From Candidatus Margulisiibacteriota bacterium (GTDB lineage Bacteria > Margulisbacteria > WOR-1 > O2-12-FULL-45-9), in the NCBI GenBank assembly GCA_043816785.1, contig JBDRHP010000068.1:1-45831 (forward strand): DNA of 45,831 nucleotides, in the 5' to 3' direction. This document shows positions 43,067 through 45,831 of the stretch, piece by piece. How positions within the stretch are numbered: position 1 is the stretch's first letter; every line of letters begins with the position of its first letter. Position numbers and translations under genes: made by a program. A model generated the notes under the pieces. The model saw only the letters and a list, made by a program, of their open reading frames with translations. It did not search any database and was not told the origin of the DNA.

Positions 43067-45831
43067 ATGACCCTAACTAACATCTTAGACCAGATCAAAC
43101 AATCTTCCTATTTGACCAAACGGCTGTTAAGCCTTAAGCAGGACGGTAAAGTTGCTTTTTCCGGCCTGGTTGGCTCATCAGCTTCCTTACTGTTGGCTGC
43201 TTTAACCGAAAGATATTCCAACATGCTGATCATTACTTCTTCTAGCGCCCGGGCAGAGGCCTTAAGATCAGAAATTAGCTTGTTTTGCCAAAAACAGGCG
43301 ATGGTTTTCCCTGCCCCAGATATTGTTCCTGGCGAAAATCTTAAGCCCAGCAGTGGATTGATCGGTGAAAGACTGGCTGTCCTGGAACAGTGGGCCAGTA
43401 AAGCAAGCGCCATTGTGATTGCTCCTGTCAAAGCCATAATGTGGCGGACCAGCCTTCGGCTGGAGAAGGTCAGAATATCAGATGATCAGAAGATCAGATT
43501 AGATAGCCTGATCGAGCAATTGATCGAATTTGGTTATCGGAGGTTTGACATTGTTGGAGAGCGAGGGGAGTTTTCAGTTCGCGGGGGAATCGTCGATATT
43601 TTTCCGCTTAATCACGATCAGCCGCTGCGGCTGGAATTCTTTGGTGATAAGATCGAAAGCCTGCGTAGTTTTGACGCTTATTCGCAGCGTTCAGTTGACA
43701 AGCTCGCTGAGATTAAAATATTGCCGGCAAGCGAAAGATATGAAGCGCCGGTCTTTGAGCATCTCTCAAAGAACACCCTGATAATATTTGATGAACTAAT
43801 GGAAATCAGCCGCTCTGCTGATCAGCAGCTTGATGAGCAAAGGCTAATGAAGAGCCTCACGGCCTTGAAGTATGTTACCTTAGAAGAGATCCAAAGGGAA
43901 AGTGAAAATTATCAAAGAATAGGCCTGTCGCAATTTCTGCAGCCTGGTGATGAACCGATTTTCACGGGGAACCCGGGTTATCTAAACAAGTTGAGCGAGC
44001 TGCCGGCAAAGGCGATAGTTGTCAGCAAACATGCTGCGCGTTTACGCGAAGAAATTACCCAGGAGGTTGTTGAGGGCAGCCTGCACGGTGGTTTTGTCTT
44101 TGGCGATTTGCCGGTGATCAGTGATCGTGAGCTGTTTGGCGAGGAAGTGATTTTTCGCAAGGCTAAAGCCATACCGCAAGAAGGCGTGGCCGATGATTTA
44201 TTAGCGGATCTTAAACCGGGCAATTATGTGATCCATGAGAATTACGGCATGGCGGTTTACCGTGGCCTGGAAACCGTGGAGATCGAACCTGGAGTTAGAC
44301 AAGAGTACTTATTGCTGGAGTTTGCTGGCGCTGACAGGGTTTATGTGCCGCCGTCCCTGGCTGGTCTTGTAGAAAAATATTCCAGCAGCAGTGGCTATGA
44401 ACCAAAACTTTCAAAGCTGGGTACCAAAAAGTGGCTGCGCACCAAAAGCCGGGTTAAGCAAGAGCTCAAGGATATGACCAAGGACCTTTTAGAGCTTTAC
44501 GCTGTGCGGGAAAAAGTTAGCGGCTTTGCCTTTCCCGCGGATGACATTTGGCAGTCTGAGCTTGAGGGGACTTTTCCGTTTGAAGCAACAAAGGATCAGC
44601 AAAAGGCTATCCAGGATACCAAGCAAGATATGGAGTCAGGCCGGCCCATGGACCGCCTGGTCTGTGGTGATGTTGGTTATGGCAAGACCGAAGTAGCGAT
44701 CAGGGCCGCGGCCAAAGCAGTCTCCGCTGGTAAACAAGTAGCGATCCTGGTGCCCACCACCATTCTGGCGGAGCAGCATTTTAATAATTTTAAGGACCGT
44801 TTTAAAACTTCGCCTTTTGTGGTGGAAATGCTGTCGCGTTTTAAATCAAAGAAGGAACAATCAGATATAGTTAAAGCCTTAACGCTCGGTGGAGTTGACA
44901 TTGTTATCGGGACCCACCGCCTGTTTTCCAAGGATATTAAGTTTAAAGACCTGGGTCTGGTGATCATTGACGAGGAACAAAGGTTTGGCGTAGCTCATAA
45001 GGAAAAATTGAAGCAGCTAAGAAAGACAGTTGATGTGCTAACCCTGTCTGCCACCCCCATACCCCGCACCTTGTACTTGTCTCTGGCCGGAGCCAGAGAT
45101 TTAAGCGTGATCAACACTCCGCCAGTCGACCGTTCGCCGATCAGGACCTATGTTCTACCCTGGAGTGAGGCGGTAATCAACGAAGCCATCAGGCGCGAGC
45201 TGGATCGGGGTGGCCAGATCTATTTTCTCCATAACTTTGTGGAAACGATCGAGAGCGTGGCAGCCAGGATCAAGAAATTGGTCCCAGAAGCCAGGGTCGC
45301 AGTGGGCCACGGCCAGCTGCCGGAAAAGGAATTAGAAAAAACCATGCTGGATTTTCTTGACCGCAAGTTTGATGTGCTGGTTTGCACCTCGATCATTGAA
45401 TCCGGCTTGGACATTACCAATGTTAACACTATCCTGATCGATAAAGCTGACCATTTTGGTCTTTCCCAGCTGTATCAGATCAGGGGCAGGGTAGGCCGCT
45501 CAGCGGTCAGGGCTTACGCCTATTTGTTTTATCACCCGGCCGGGGTCATGACAGATCAAGCGCTGGATAGATTGAAGGCTATCCAGGAATTCACGGCTTT
45601 GGGGTCGGGTTACAAGCTGGCCATGCGCGACCTGGAGATCAGGGGAGCAGGGAATCTATTAGGGGCAGAGCAATCCGGTCATATAATGGAAGTGGGCTTC
45701 GATCTCTATTGTGAGCTCTTGGAAGAAGCAGTGCGTGAAGTTAAAGGCATTAAAGAGGTTTCGCCGCGCGAGGTGACAATTGACCTTAAAGTTGAAGCCT
45801 TTATTCCACAAGATTACGTGACTGATGAACG
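43067..45831 (+). CDS. mfd: Transcription-repair coupling factor; runs off the window end
   Basis: Absent from the ORF track because there is no stop in the window. ATG 43067 MTLTNIL..FSGLVGSS; GEFSVRGGIVDIFP; in-frame MDRLVCGDVGYGKTEVA, DEEQRFG, LSATPIP, GLSQLYQIRGRVGRS, DLEIRGAGNLLG; pth-mfd synteny. Confidence 0.97.
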   Translation, partial: MTLTNILDQIKQSSYLTKRLLSLKQDGKVAFSGLVGSSASLLLAALTERYSNMLIITSSSARAEALRSEISLFCQKQAMVFPAPDIVPGENLKPSSGLIGERLAVLEQWASKASAIVIAPVKAIMWRTSLRLEKVRISDDQKIRLDSLIEQLIEFGYRRFDIVGERGEFSVRGGIVDIFPLNHDQPLRLEFFGDKIESLRSFDAYSQRSVDKLAEIKILPASERYEAPVFEHLSKNTLIIFDELMEISRSADQQLDEQRLMKSLTALKYVTLEEIQRESENYQRIGLSQFLQPGDEPIFTGNPGYLNKLSELPAKAIVVSKHAARLREEITQEVVEGSLHGGFVFGDLPVISDRELFGEEVIFRKAKAIPQEGVADDLLADLKPGNYVIHENYGMAVYRGLETVEIEPGVRQEYLLLEFAGADRVYVPPSLAGLVEKYSSSSGYEPKLSKLGTKKWLRTKSRVKQELKDMTKDLLELYAVREKVSGFAFPADDIWQSELEGTFPFEATKDQQKAIQDTKQDMESGRPMDRLVCGDVGYGKTEVAIRAAAKAVSAGKQVAILVPTTILAEQHFNNFKDRFKTSPFVVEMLSRFKSKKEQSDIVKALTLGGVDIVIGTHRLFSKDIKFKDLGLVIIDEEQRFGVAHKEKLKQLRKTVDVLTLSATPIPRTLYLSLAGARDLSVINTPPVDRSPIRTYVLPWSEAVINEAIRRELDRGGQIYFLHNFVETIESVAARIKKLVPEARVAVGHGQLPEKELEKTMLDFLDRKFDVLVCTSIIESGLDITNVNTILIDKADHFGLSQLYQIRGRVGRSAVRAYAYLFYHPAGVMTDQALDRLKAIQEFTALGSGYKLAMRDLEIRGAGNLLGAEQSGHIMEVGFDLYCELLEEAVREVKGIKEVSPREVTIDLKVEAFIPQDYVTDE

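Noticed and set aside
485..45429. Many short ORFs (60-220 aa) in the six-frame track, e.g. 34786-35454(-), 3247-3666(+), 37732-38181(-), 43108-43437(-)
   Set aside because: They overlap long, motif-bearing genes in another frame or strand, and show no recognisable motif; treated as shadow ORFs.

Overview
Bacterial window from a probably diderm organism (it encodes beta-barrel proteins), with two opposed blocks. (1) Positions 1-34.7 kb form a minus-strand accessory block. Each of its eight transcription units starts with the same sigma28/FliA-like promoter (TGAAAttt-N11-ncCGATAw). It encodes: a eukaryote-type UDP-sugar pyrophosphorylase; a GlgC/MPG-like nucleotidyltransferase; half a glycogen synthase fused to a GlnD-like HD domain; a very diverged cellulose-synthase-type secretion system (2075-aa BcsA homologue with an ~800-aa insertion, membrane-anchored TPR protein, GH8-TPR fusion, TPR-beta-barrel); a PKD protein; two Hanks-type Ser/Thr kinases; two PP2C phosphatases; and an Ig-domain surface protein. 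Many of these products have Arg-rich N-terminal leaders, or look extracytoplasmic but lack Sec signals, and several are extremely Lys-poor. (2) Positions 34.7-45.8 kb are plus-strand genes with sigma70-type extended -10 motifs: a beta-glycan utilisation cluster (two GH26, CBM9, CBM11-like, two sugar ABC permeases, putative porin), then pth and mfd, with palindromic and short tandem repeats between genes. No rRNA, tRNA, CRISPR array or transposase was recognised. All family assignments are from motif reading by eye; no database searches were run.
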